This document shows positions 10,379 to 18,351 of a stretch of DNA of 64,000 nt, in pieces (the stretch's first letter is position 1; every line of letters begins with the position of its first letter). The position numbers were made by a program, and so were the translations under genes. The notes under the pieces are model-generated. The model was not told the DNA's origin. It saw nothing but the letters and a program-made list of their open reading frames with translations, and made no database searches. Source of the DNA: Bacteroidales bacterium (GTDB lineage: Bacteria > Bacteroidota > Bacteroidia > Bacteroidales > GCA-2711565); contig OY760934.1 in assembly GCA_963664245.1 (NCBI GenBank), positions 2,876,376-2,940,375 of the forward strand. The letters are read 5' to 3'.

Positions 10379-11557
10379 TGCTTTAACCGGCAATGTAAAT
10401 TTAAATTTACTGCCTTTTCCTTCTTCTGATTCAGCCCAGATTTTACCCCCATTTTTCTCTACAAATTCTTTACAAAGAATAAGCCCCAGTCCGGTTCCTT
10501 GTTCGTTTTCGGTGCCGCTGGTTGAAAAATTTACATCTATACGGAAAAGCTTGTCAATGTCTTCTTTGCGAATTCCTACGCCGTTATCTTCCACGGTAAT
10601 TTCAATAAAGTAGTCTTGCTTATTTGAAAACAATTTCACTTCTCCGCCTTTAGGCGTGTATTTCAGGGCGTTCGACATTAAATTGCGGATGACCGTAATA
10701 ACCATGTTCCCGTCTGCGTAAACCTGTGTGTTTGCTGGCACCACCCCCTGAATGGAAATATCTTTGTTCATTGCCTGGTTTTTGAGTAGGTTGATGGTTT
10801 CGTTTGCAATTTGGTCAAGATTGATTGTTTCGGGGTTCCATTTAATGCTTCCGGTTTGAGAACGAGACCACTCCAAAAGGTTCTGTAATAATTTATATGC
10901 ATTTTCGGAAGCATCGCTCATGGTTTTTATGAGGTCTTTTTTCTCTTCGTCGTTAAAGGCATCAAAATCATCCAGTAATAGGGATGAAAACCCCATTAAG
11001 GCGTTAAACGGATTTTTAAGGTCATGGGCTATAATCGAAAAGAATTTATCTTTTGTAGCATTAAGTTCCTGGAGTTCTTTGGTTCTTTGTTCAACTTTTT
11101 TTTCCAGGTTTGTATTTAACTCGGCCAGTTCAATGTTTTGCCGTTTTATTTCCCGATCAGCATAAAAGCTTTTGATGGCTTCTTTGACCGTCATTTCTAA
11201 ATCTTCCTGATCCCAGGGTTTTGAAATATAGCGGTAAAGATTGGCACGATTTATTGCATTGGTAACGCCTTCCAGGTTGGCTTGGCCGGTAAGTAAAATA
11301 TTTAATGTGTTGGGCGATTTTCGGTGAGTTTCCGAGAGGAGTTCATCGCCTTTCATTCCAGGCATAATATAGTCGGCAATAATAACCGGAACATCAACCC
11401 CATCTTCCATTAATTCTTCGAGAAGCTCTACTGCATCATCGCCGCTGTCGGAAGTTTCAATATCGTATTTTCCCCCAAAATTTCGTTCCAATTGATCTTT
11501 TAAAGCATCGGTAATGATGTTTTCATCATCTACACAAATTATAACCGGTTTTGGCAT
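10376..11557 (-). CDS. Hybrid two-component protein: N-terminal receiver (REC) fused to HisKA + HATPase kinase core
   Basis: 393 aa. REC motifs are VIICVDDE, ADYIMPGMKGDEL and KPW. A coiled coil follows, then H-box FSIIAHDLKNPFNAL, N-box NLMSNALKYT, DNGVGI and GTGLGL. Confidence 0.9.
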   Translation of the reverse strand: MPKPVIICVDDENIITDALKDQLERNFGGKYDIETSDSGDDAVELLEELMEDGVDVPVIIADYIMPGMKGDELLSETHRKSPNTLNILLTGQANLEGVTNAINRANLYRYISKPWDQEDLEMTVKEAIKSFYADREIKRQNIELAELNTNLEKKVEQRTKELQELNATKDKFFSIIAHDLKNPFNALMGFSSLLLDDFDAFNDEEKKDLIKTMSDASENAYKLLQNLLEWSRSQTGSIKWNPETINLDQIANETINLLKNQAMNKDISIQGVVPANTQVYADGNMVITVIRNLMSNALKYTPKGGEVKLFSNKQDYFIEITVEDNGVGIRKEDIDKLFRIDVNFSTSGTENEQGTGLGLILCKEFVEKNGGKIWAESEEGKGSKFKFTLPVKA

Positions 11558-11561
11558 AAAT

Positions 11562-11969
11562 TTATTTCTTTAGTGATAATTTTCCCAGTCCGGATTTGAT
11601 AGTGTTGATTAAATCATCCTCTGACCAGGGCTTAAATAAACAGGCATGCAAGTTAGCATTTTCTTTTGCATTTTCAATTGCATCTTCTTGAGCCTGACCT
11701 GTGAGCATTACTTTGACAATTCCGGGAAAACGTTTATGTACCTCGATTAAAAATTCGTCACCCTTCACTCCTGGCATCAACCAGTCAGAAACGATGATTA
11801 AAACTTCGGTTCCTTCGTTAACAAGTTCTTCAATAACTTCCAGTCCTTCTTCAGCATTCTCAGCTGTTTCGTAAATGTACTCATCGCCCAGGCGATTTTC
11901 TATTTGTTCTTTTAAACTTTCCAGGATAATGCTTTCATCATCCACACAAAGAATTGCTTTTTTCCCCAT
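11562..11969 (-). CDS. Stand-alone response regulator receiver domain (no output domain)
   Basis: 135 aa with ILCVDDES, SDWLMPGVKGDEF and KPW. It ends 4 nt before the next gene, so the two are probably in one operon. Confidence 0.9.
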   Translation of the reverse strand: MGKKAILCVDDESIILESLKEQIENRLGDEYIYETAENAEEGLEVIEELVNEGTEVLIIVSDWLMPGVKGDEFLIEVHKRFPGIVKVMLTGQAQEDAIENAKENANLHACLFKPWSEDDLINTIKSGLGKLSLKK

Positions 11970-12019
11970 AAATACAAAATTTATACGTAAATATACCTAT
12001 TTTTTATTTATATAATATT

Positions 12020-15000
12020 TTATGTCCTGTCTTCAACAGGCAATGAAATGGTAAAGGTTGTACCAATTCCCACTTCACTTTCTAATTCTATGGTTCCGTC
12101 ATGTTTGTCAATTATTTTCTTAACAATATCTAACCCTAAGCCACTGCCTTCGCCGGCTTTTTTAGTGGTAAAGAAGGGTTCGAAAATTTTTTCCCTGATG
12201 TCTTCAGGAATCCCCCCCCCGGTATCTGAAATGCTGATTTTTGCAAAATTGCCCTCAACCCAGGTTTTTATTTTTATTTTTCCTTTGTTTTCCATGGCTT
12301 GCAGCGAATTGTGGAAAAGATTGGTCCATACTTGGTTAATTTCATCGGCAAAGCAGGGTACAGGAGGAAGGGGGGCGATTTCACGAATGATTTCAACCCC
12401 TTGTTTAATTTGGTTATAATATAGCGTAAGAACCGTTTCTATGCCGTCTATAATATCGGCTGGGACTTTTTCGCCAACGTGGTCGCGATGGGCAAATTTT
12501 TTCAGGGCAAAAACTACTTTGGCTGCTTTTGTTACCGCAATTGTAATGTTTTCTGTGTTTTTCTTTAAGCTCACAATGTTCCTGGCATTTGACAGGATCA
12601 AGCCGGCATTGGGTGATCTTAGCATTGGAAGCAGACTGTCGAGATGCTTGTTTATTCGCATATAAACTACTGTTTCGGCCAGCTTGTCCGGATTTTCAAT
12701 ATTTGATTCGCTAAGTAAAGAAGAAATTTCTCTTTTTAGTTTTCGTTTTTCTTTGGAGGTTAATTCAGGAGCTGCATCTTCAACCAGTTTTAAAACTTGT
12801 ATGAATAAATTCATGTCTTCATCCATCAGTGTTTTTAACAGATTGGGTATGTTTTGAATAACCGTTTCCAGCGAATCGGCCATGTTACCTACTGATGCAT
12901 TTATAGCCCCCAATGGTGTATTTATTTCGTGGGCAATACCTGCTATTAAGGTTCCAAGAGCAGCCATTTTTTCCGATTGAATCAGCTGGGTTTGGGCTTC
13001 TTTCAGGTTTTCCAGGGTTGTTTCAAGTTCTTCTTTTTGGGTGCTTAATTCAAAATTTTTGGCCTTTAACTCATCAGAGTTTCTTTTCCGTTCAATGGAA
13101 AGACTAATTTGATGCGAAATAAGTTTTAAAAATTTAAAATCTTCGTTGCTAAAAGCATTTTCATCTTCATAGTTTTGAACAGCTAAAGCTCCAATAACTT
13201 TATTGTGAATAATCAAAGGTACTCCTAACCAGGCTTTTGAAGAAGTTCCTACTAATTTAATTTCCCCTTTTTCTTCCAGTTTGCTCATGTCTTTTTCTGT
13301 TGCCAGGATTGGGGTTTTTGTTTTAATCACGTACCCGGTTAATGTTCCTTTGGCTGGAATGTTTGATGCCCTGTCTTTTTTATCTGCAAAAAACGGAAGG
13401 GATAAAGTGTCTGTTTTTTCGTCATAAAGGGCGATAAAGTAGTTGGTTGTATCAATTAATTTTGATAATTCTACTTGTATATATTCGATAAGTTCTTGTA
13501 AATTTTGTTTTGAGGAAACAGCATCCGAAATGTTGCTTATAATTTGTTTGATAAGCTCGTTTTTCTTACGCTCTGTAATGTCTTCAAAGCTTTCGATGCC
13601 TCCAATAATGTTCCCTTCGGTATCTTTTAAATAGTCTATATTTTTTGAGATAGTTAATATTTTGCCATTTTTAGTTTTTATGCTACATTCCTTGCTTTTA
13701 AATAGAGTAGAAGAGCTATTGTCGTATAAGTTACATGTTTTAGTACAAGGTGATAATACAAATGTTTTACAGCTTTGCCCGATGATTTCATGGGCCTTCC
13801 ATCCGGTTAAAGATTCAGCTTTTTGGTTCCAGCTGGTAATAATCTCATTTTTATCAACGGTAAACACGGCACTTGGAATAACCGACAGTATTCTTTCGGC
13901 ATAATCTTTTTCCTCTTGGAGTTTTTCTTCGGCAATTTTACGTTCTGTAATATCCCTAATCGTTCCGATGACCGACCATTTATCATTCAGTTTTACGGCA
14001 GAAAGAGATAGTTCTATCGGGAATTCGGTTTTGTCTCTCCGGTGGGCCATGATTTCATATACTTTGCCAGCATCTTCGCTGTTCCCTTCGTTTTTAATGA
14101 TATGGAAGGCTTTCACCATCATTTCTCTATAGAACCGTGAAGTGGTTATTGTTTTTAATTTGCGTTTGAGGACTTCTTCTTTCGAATACCCGAATATTGT
14201 TTCGGCACTATCATTCCAGAAGATAATATTTCCATCATTGTCAATTACAATAATGGCATCATTGGCAGAACTGGTTATTTTGTCAAATAAATCTTGTTGT
14301 TCTTTTTCTTTTTGTTCAGCACTTTTTTGTTGAATGTGCTGGCTAATTTGTCCGGCAATTAGTTCCAGTAATTCTTTGTCGCTGTTATTGTAAGCATCTT
14401 CGCTAGTGTAGCTTTGAAGCACTATAGCACCTATGGCATCCCCTGACACAATTAGCGGAACGCCCAGCCATACTTTTGAACGGGTTCCAACAAACTCAAT
14501 CTCTCCTTTTTTAACCAATTGTTCCTGCATTTTAGACGTTGCCAGTAAAGGCTTTTTATTCCGGATTACATAAGCAGTCATTGTTTTACCGGCAGGAATT
14601 GATTCTATATTATCATGTGTATCGGCCATAAATGGAAGGGACAGGGTGTCAGAATCGCGGTCATATAATGCAATAAAGTAATTGGTGGTGTCAATAATCC
14701 GGCTTAACTCTTTTTGAATAAATAAAACTAATTCTTTCAAGGTGTCGGTGGTAACAACGGCTTGGGTAATATGATTTAAAACCCGTTGAATCCGTTCAGA
14801 TTTTTTTCTTCTGCTAATATCGTGAAATATGCCTTCAACAAGAACAACTTCATTTTGTTTGTTAAATACAGGAACCTCGGTTATTTCAAAATGCTTGATG
14901 TTTTTGTGGTTGTCATATATTTCAATTTCAAAAGCATTTTGTTTTTCGCCGTTAAAAGATTTTTTTGATAGTTCAATGGCTTTGATGTTCTTTTTGTGAT

Positions 15001-16543
15001 TTGTTAAAAATGCCTGAAACCCTGATGCTACATCTTCTGCTGTATAACCAAGTATTTTTGTTATAGAAGGACTTATGTAAGTATATTTTCCATCAACTTG
15101 CTGGGTGTAAAAAATGTATTCATCTCCGAGGTCTTCAATCATTCGGCGGATTTTCTGTTCGCTTTCTGCCAAATCGGTATTCATTTGTTGTATTTCATCG
15201 TTGATGGCTCTTATTTCTTCATTTTGTTGTTCAATTTCTTCGTTTTGTTGCTGAAGTTCTTCAGTCTTGTTATTAAGTTCCTGGGTTCGTTCTTCCACTT
15301 TTTTGGTCAGGTCGCTATACAGTTCATCTAACTGATCGGCCATGGTGTTAAACGAACTTGCCAGTTCGCCCAGTTCATCATTGCTTATAACCTTTGCCCT
15401 GACATTGAAGTTTTTTGACGTATACTTAATAACTGCATCACTAAGAATGTTAAGTTGTTTTGTGAACCGTTTTCCGCTAAAGAGGACGATAATTAATATG
15501 ACGATAAACAGAATAACAGAGATAAATATATTTAAGCCAATTTGTTCGGTAAGAGGTTTTTGGATTGCTTTTAGTTCCATAGAAGTTGAAACAATCCATT
15601 TCATTTCGGGCAGGTACAAATAGTACATCTCTCGTTTATTATAACGCTTGTTTTTACCTTCCCATTCATACAAAATTTCGCCGTTTAATTTCTTGTGAAC
15701 TTTAACACTATCAATAATGTTTTTTATAAACGGTTTTCCTTTGGCATCTTTTTGTTGGTAAATATTTTTTTTACCATTCAGTAAATTGATGATTACATTT
15801 CCTTCAATATCAAAAATAAGCGGGTAGTAGGTTGAACCTAAATGAAGTTTGCTGATCGTTTTTTTTAGGGCATTTAATTCGGATTGTTTAACCCCAACAT
15901 AAATTACGCCTATTATCTCTCCGTTATCATAAATTGGTTTGTAGGCGGTGATATACCAGTCATTAACAACATAGGCTCTTCCCCGGTATGTTTTTCCGTT
16001 CATAACTGTTTTATACACGGGCGATTCGGTGTTGATATATGTTCCTATAGCTCTACTGCCATCACGATGCTTAACACTGGTTGAAACTCGTAATAAGCCT
16101 TCTTCAATAAGCTGAAATATAGTAACCGTACCGCCTATTTGATTGGTAATATAATCAACCAATTCAATATTATTTGTTGCAATTTCTGAAAATCCCAGAC
16201 TATTTTTAACATACATCAAAGGGATGTTTTTGATTTTTTTCTGGTGTGTGATTTGATCTTCAATCTCAAGAGGGATTTTTAAATTTTTATCTATTGAGGT
16301 TTTGCCTTCTATGTAAGAGTTGCTAACGTTAAGATTACTATTTACCCAGTTTTGATTTATTGTATAGGCATTATAACTTAAGTGATATAATGACTCTGTA
16401 ATGTTAATTAGCTCGCGTTCATATTTTTTTTCAATCGAATTTTTAAAAAATAAGGTGTTAATAATAATGGTTCCTATCATGAAAATGAGCAGGGAAAATG
16501 CAATGCCAAGGTAGATTTTGTGAATAAATCGTAAGTTCTTCAT
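12020..16543 (-). CDS. Large multi-sensor histidine kinase (TM-Cache-TM-HAMP-coiled coil-PAS-GAF-PAS-PAS-GAF-kinase)
   Basis: 1507 aa. A Cache-like periplasmic region (GRAYVVNDWYITAYKPIYDNGEIIGVIYVGV) lies between two TM helices. HAMP follows, then the coiled coil QQQNEEIEQQNEEI and two homologous GAF modules. The kinase core has H-box IAHEINTPLGAI (His1205), N-box HNSLQAM, DTGGGIP and GSGLGL. Confidence 0.9.
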   Translation of the reverse strand: MKNLRFIHKIYLGIAFSLLIFMIGTIIINTLFFKNSIEKKYERELINITESLYHLSYNAYTINQNWVNSNLNVSNSYIEGKTSIDKNLKIPLEIEDQITHQKKIKNIPLMYVKNSLGFSEIATNNIELVDYITNQIGGTVTIFQLIEEGLLRVSTSVKHRDGSRAIGTYINTESPVYKTVMNGKTYRGRAYVVNDWYITAYKPIYDNGEIIGVIYVGVKQSELNALKKTISKLHLGSTYYPLIFDIEGNVIINLLNGKKNIYQQKDAKGKPFIKNIIDSVKVHKKLNGEILYEWEGKNKRYNKREMYYLYLPEMKWIVSTSMELKAIQKPLTEQIGLNIFISVILFIVILIIVLFSGKRFTKQLNILSDAVIKYTSKNFNVRAKVISNDELGELASSFNTMADQLDELYSDLTKKVEERTQELNNKTEELQQQNEEIEQQNEEIRAINDEIQQMNTDLAESEQKIRRMIEDLGDEYIFYTQQVDGKYTYISPSITKILGYTAEDVASGFQAFLTNHKKNIKAIELSKKSFNGEKQNAFEIEIYDNHKNIKHFEITEVPVFNKQNEVVLVEGIFHDISRRKKSERIQRVLNHITQAVVTTDTLKELVLFIQKELSRIIDTTNYFIALYDRDSDTLSLPFMADTHDNIESIPAGKTMTAYVIRNKKPLLATSKMQEQLVKKGEIEFVGTRSKVWLGVPLIVSGDAIGAIVLQSYTSEDAYNNSDKELLELIAGQISQHIQQKSAEQKEKEQQDLFDKITSSANDAIIVIDNDGNIIFWNDSAETIFGYSKEEVLKRKLKTITTSRFYREMMVKAFHIIKNEGNSEDAGKVYEIMAHRRDKTEFPIELSLSAVKLNDKWSVIGTIRDITERKIAEEKLQEEKDYAERILSVIPSAVFTVDKNEIITSWNQKAESLTGWKAHEIIGQSCKTFVLSPCTKTCNLYDNSSSTLFKSKECSIKTKNGKILTISKNIDYLKDTEGNIIGGIESFEDITERKKNELIKQIISNISDAVSSKQNLQELIEYIQVELSKLIDTTNYFIALYDEKTDTLSLPFFADKKDRASNIPAKGTLTGYVIKTKTPILATEKDMSKLEEKGEIKLVGTSSKAWLGVPLIIHNKVIGALAVQNYEDENAFSNEDFKFLKLISHQISLSIERKRNSDELKAKNFELSTQKEELETTLENLKEAQTQLIQSEKMAALGTLIAGIAHEINTPLGAINASVGNMADSLETVIQNIPNLLKTLMDEDMNLFIQVLKLVEDAAPELTSKEKRKLKREISSLLSESNIENPDKLAETVVYMRINKHLDSLLPMLRSPNAGLILSNARNIVSLKKNTENITIAVTKAAKVVFALKKFAHRDHVGEKVPADIIDGIETVLTLYYNQIKQGVEIIREIAPLPPVPCFADEINQVWTNLFHNSLQAMENKGKIKIKTWVEGNFAKISISDTGGGIPEDIREKIFEPFFTTKKAGEGSGLGLDIVKKIIDKHDGTIELESEVGIGTTFTISLPVEDRT

Positions 16544-16619
16544 GTGTCAGATTATTAGTATAAACTAAAATAATTAAAAATGAGATCGAAACAAATCTTT
16601 CTTTTATGTTCTTTTTTTG

Positions 16620-16627
16620 TAATTTTG
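16620..16627 (+). promoter_or_regulatory. Bacteroidota -7 promoter box (TAATTTTG, consensus TAnnTTTG) for tRNA-Pro
   Basis: Exact match to TAnnTTTG, ending 16 nt before the first tRNA base. Confidence 0.4.
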
Positions 16628-16643
16628 CACATCCTTTAAATCT

Positions 16644-16717
16644 CGGGATGTGGCGCAGTTGGTTAGCGTGCTGGTCTGGGGGACCAGAGGCCGCGAGTTC
16701 GAGTCTCGCCATCCCGA
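16644..16717 (+). tRNA. tRNA-Pro (anticodon GGG)
   Basis: Folded by hand. Acceptor stem is CGGGATG/CATCCCG with discriminator A. The D-arm contains AGTTGGTTAG. Anticodon stem CTGGT/ACCAG encloses loop CTGGGGG (anticodon GGG), and the T-arm is GAGTTCGAGTCTC. No encoded CCA. Confidence 0.93.
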
Positions 16718-16809
16718 CAAACCCCTTTCTTTGAAACTCAGAGGTTTAAAGAAGTCATGCTATAACTAATTACGCTAAACAACATTCATCTCTTTGATAA
16801 TTCAAAATT

Positions 16810-16831
16810 AAGCTTGTTTAAGCTTTTTTTA
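16810..16831 (+). terminator. Terminator-like hairpin downstream of tRNA-Pro
   Basis: AAGCTT-GTTT-AAGCTT followed by a T run (the last two stem bases plus five more T). Confidence 0.5.
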
Positions 16832-16987
16832 TAGGTAAAATACCTATATGCTTTTAGGTAAAGTGCGTAGTTGAACTGGTGTTAAAAAGATGTTAAATTT
16901 AGGGTGTTCATTATCAAGTAAATAAAGATTAAAAGAAATATAAGAAATTTAAAGAAATAAAAACTGTTATTATTTAAACCTACCGTT

Positions 16988-17530
16988 ATGAAAATGACTA
17001 AAAATGAGAGCCCGATACTTATACCCAGGGATAGTATTTTAGAGGGATTTATAAAGACTAGAAAATCATTTCGTATTGAGAGTAATTTCTATGGCACTTT
17101 GTTGTCAACTGAAAAAGTGATTATTGATGAATCCTCTACTGTTGAAGGTGATATTATTTGTTCGGAATTACTAATTAGTGGAAGTTTTAAAGGAAATATC
17201 TTTTGTACAGGTAAATTAACAACCGTTGGAAATGCCATGGTTGAAGGACAGGTTTTTACTAAATTGTTCCAAAATGAAAGTAACTGTGATTTGAACTGTT
17301 TTATTCAAATACCTACGAATGCTGTAGTAAATGTAATTCAGGAAATCTTGGATTCGATTGATGCATCAACAAAACTATCGACAGATAAAAAACTAAAAGA
17401 CATTATTGAAACATTTGTAAATAATGCATACACGGCTACCGATGATACTAAGAAAATTATTGTTGAGCGTCCTTCTAAACCTGAAGAACCCAAACCACGG
17501 AAAAGTTTTGTAAGGGTTGCAGCTTTCTAA
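16988..17530 (+). CDS. Bactofilin-like polymer-forming cytoskeletal protein, paralogue 1
   Basis: 180 aa. The beta-helix repeat pattern VIIDESSTVEGDIICSELLISGSFKGNIFCTGKLTTVGNAMVEGQV aligns by eye with the bactofilin (DUF583) core. A helical, charged C-terminal tail ends in VAAF. Confidence 0.75.
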   Translation: MKMTKNESPILIPRDSILEGFIKTRKSFRIESNFYGTLLSTEKVIIDESSTVEGDIICSELLISGSFKGNIFCTGKLTTVGNAMVEGQVFTKLFQNESNCDLNCFIQIPTNAVVNVIQEILDSIDASTKLSTDKKLKDIIETFVNNAYTATDDTKKIIVERPSKPEEPKPRKSFVRVAAF

Positions 17531-17732
17531 AGTTTAGTATAATAACAACTTGAATATGTAGTTTCTTTATAAGCTTTCTTATTAAGAAACAAATTCTTTT
17601 CCTTTGCTTGTGTTGGTTTTTAGCTGTTAAATTACTAATTTAGCATGGCTTAAAGAATAAAACTATCAGTAAATAAATAAGTTGAAAATACAGAATTACA
17701 TATTTTTTTAAATACTAAATACTTTATTTCAA

Positions 17733-18275
17733 ATGACTGCAATGAAAAATGCTAATGAGAATCCAATTTTGATTCCAAAAGATAGCCTGCTCGAGGGGTT
17801 TATAAAAACAAAAAAATCGTTCAGGATTGAAAGCGATTTCTATGGTACATTATTATCTACTGAGAAGGTGATTATTGACGAATCTTCTAATGTTGAGGGA
17901 GACATCGTTTGTTCGGAGCTGTTAATCAGTGGTAATTTTAAAGGCAATATATTTTGTACCGGAAAAACCAGCACTATTGGAAGTGCTCGCATTGAGGGAC
18001 AGGTTTTTACTAAATTGTTCCAAAATGAAAGCAATTGTGATTTAAACTGTTTTATTCAAATCCCGAACAATGATGTAATTGCTGAAATCCAAAAGATTTT
18101 GGAAAGTGTTGATTCGAAAACGAAACTTTCTACAGATAAAAAGTTAAAAGAGATTGTAGATATTTTTGTAAACAATGTATATACGGCTAAAGGCGAATCC
18201 AAAAAACCCAAAGTTGATAATCCAAACGATAAAGACAAAGACAAAAAAGACTTTACTAAAGTGGCTGCTTTTTAA
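17733..18275 (+). CDS. Bactofilin-like polymer-forming cytoskeletal protein, paralogue 2
   Basis: 180 aa with the same core (VIIDESSNVEGDIVCSELLISGNFKGNIFCTGKTSTIGSARIEGQV). It shares an identical 35-nt block with paralogue 1 (17246-17280 = 17997-18031), and its tail also ends in VAAF. Confidence 0.75.
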   Translation: MTAMKNANENPILIPKDSLLEGFIKTKKSFRIESDFYGTLLSTEKVIIDESSNVEGDIVCSELLISGNFKGNIFCTGKTSTIGSARIEGQVFTKLFQNESNCDLNCFIQIPNNDVIAEIQKILESVDSKTKLSTDKKLKEIVDIFVNNVYTAKGESKKPKVDNPNDKDKDKKDFTKVAAF

Positions 18276-18351
18276 ATAACAACAGTATATTAAATTTCTT
18301 TTTAATTTAAGAAACTCACAGTTCGAAATTTCGTTTAAGAAATATTGCATT

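Noticed and set aside
16458-16712. 84-aa minus-strand ORF (MARLELAASGPPDQHANQLRH...)
   Set aside because: It is the reverse complement of tRNA-Pro plus the kinase promoter region. The tRNA fold explains the sequence.
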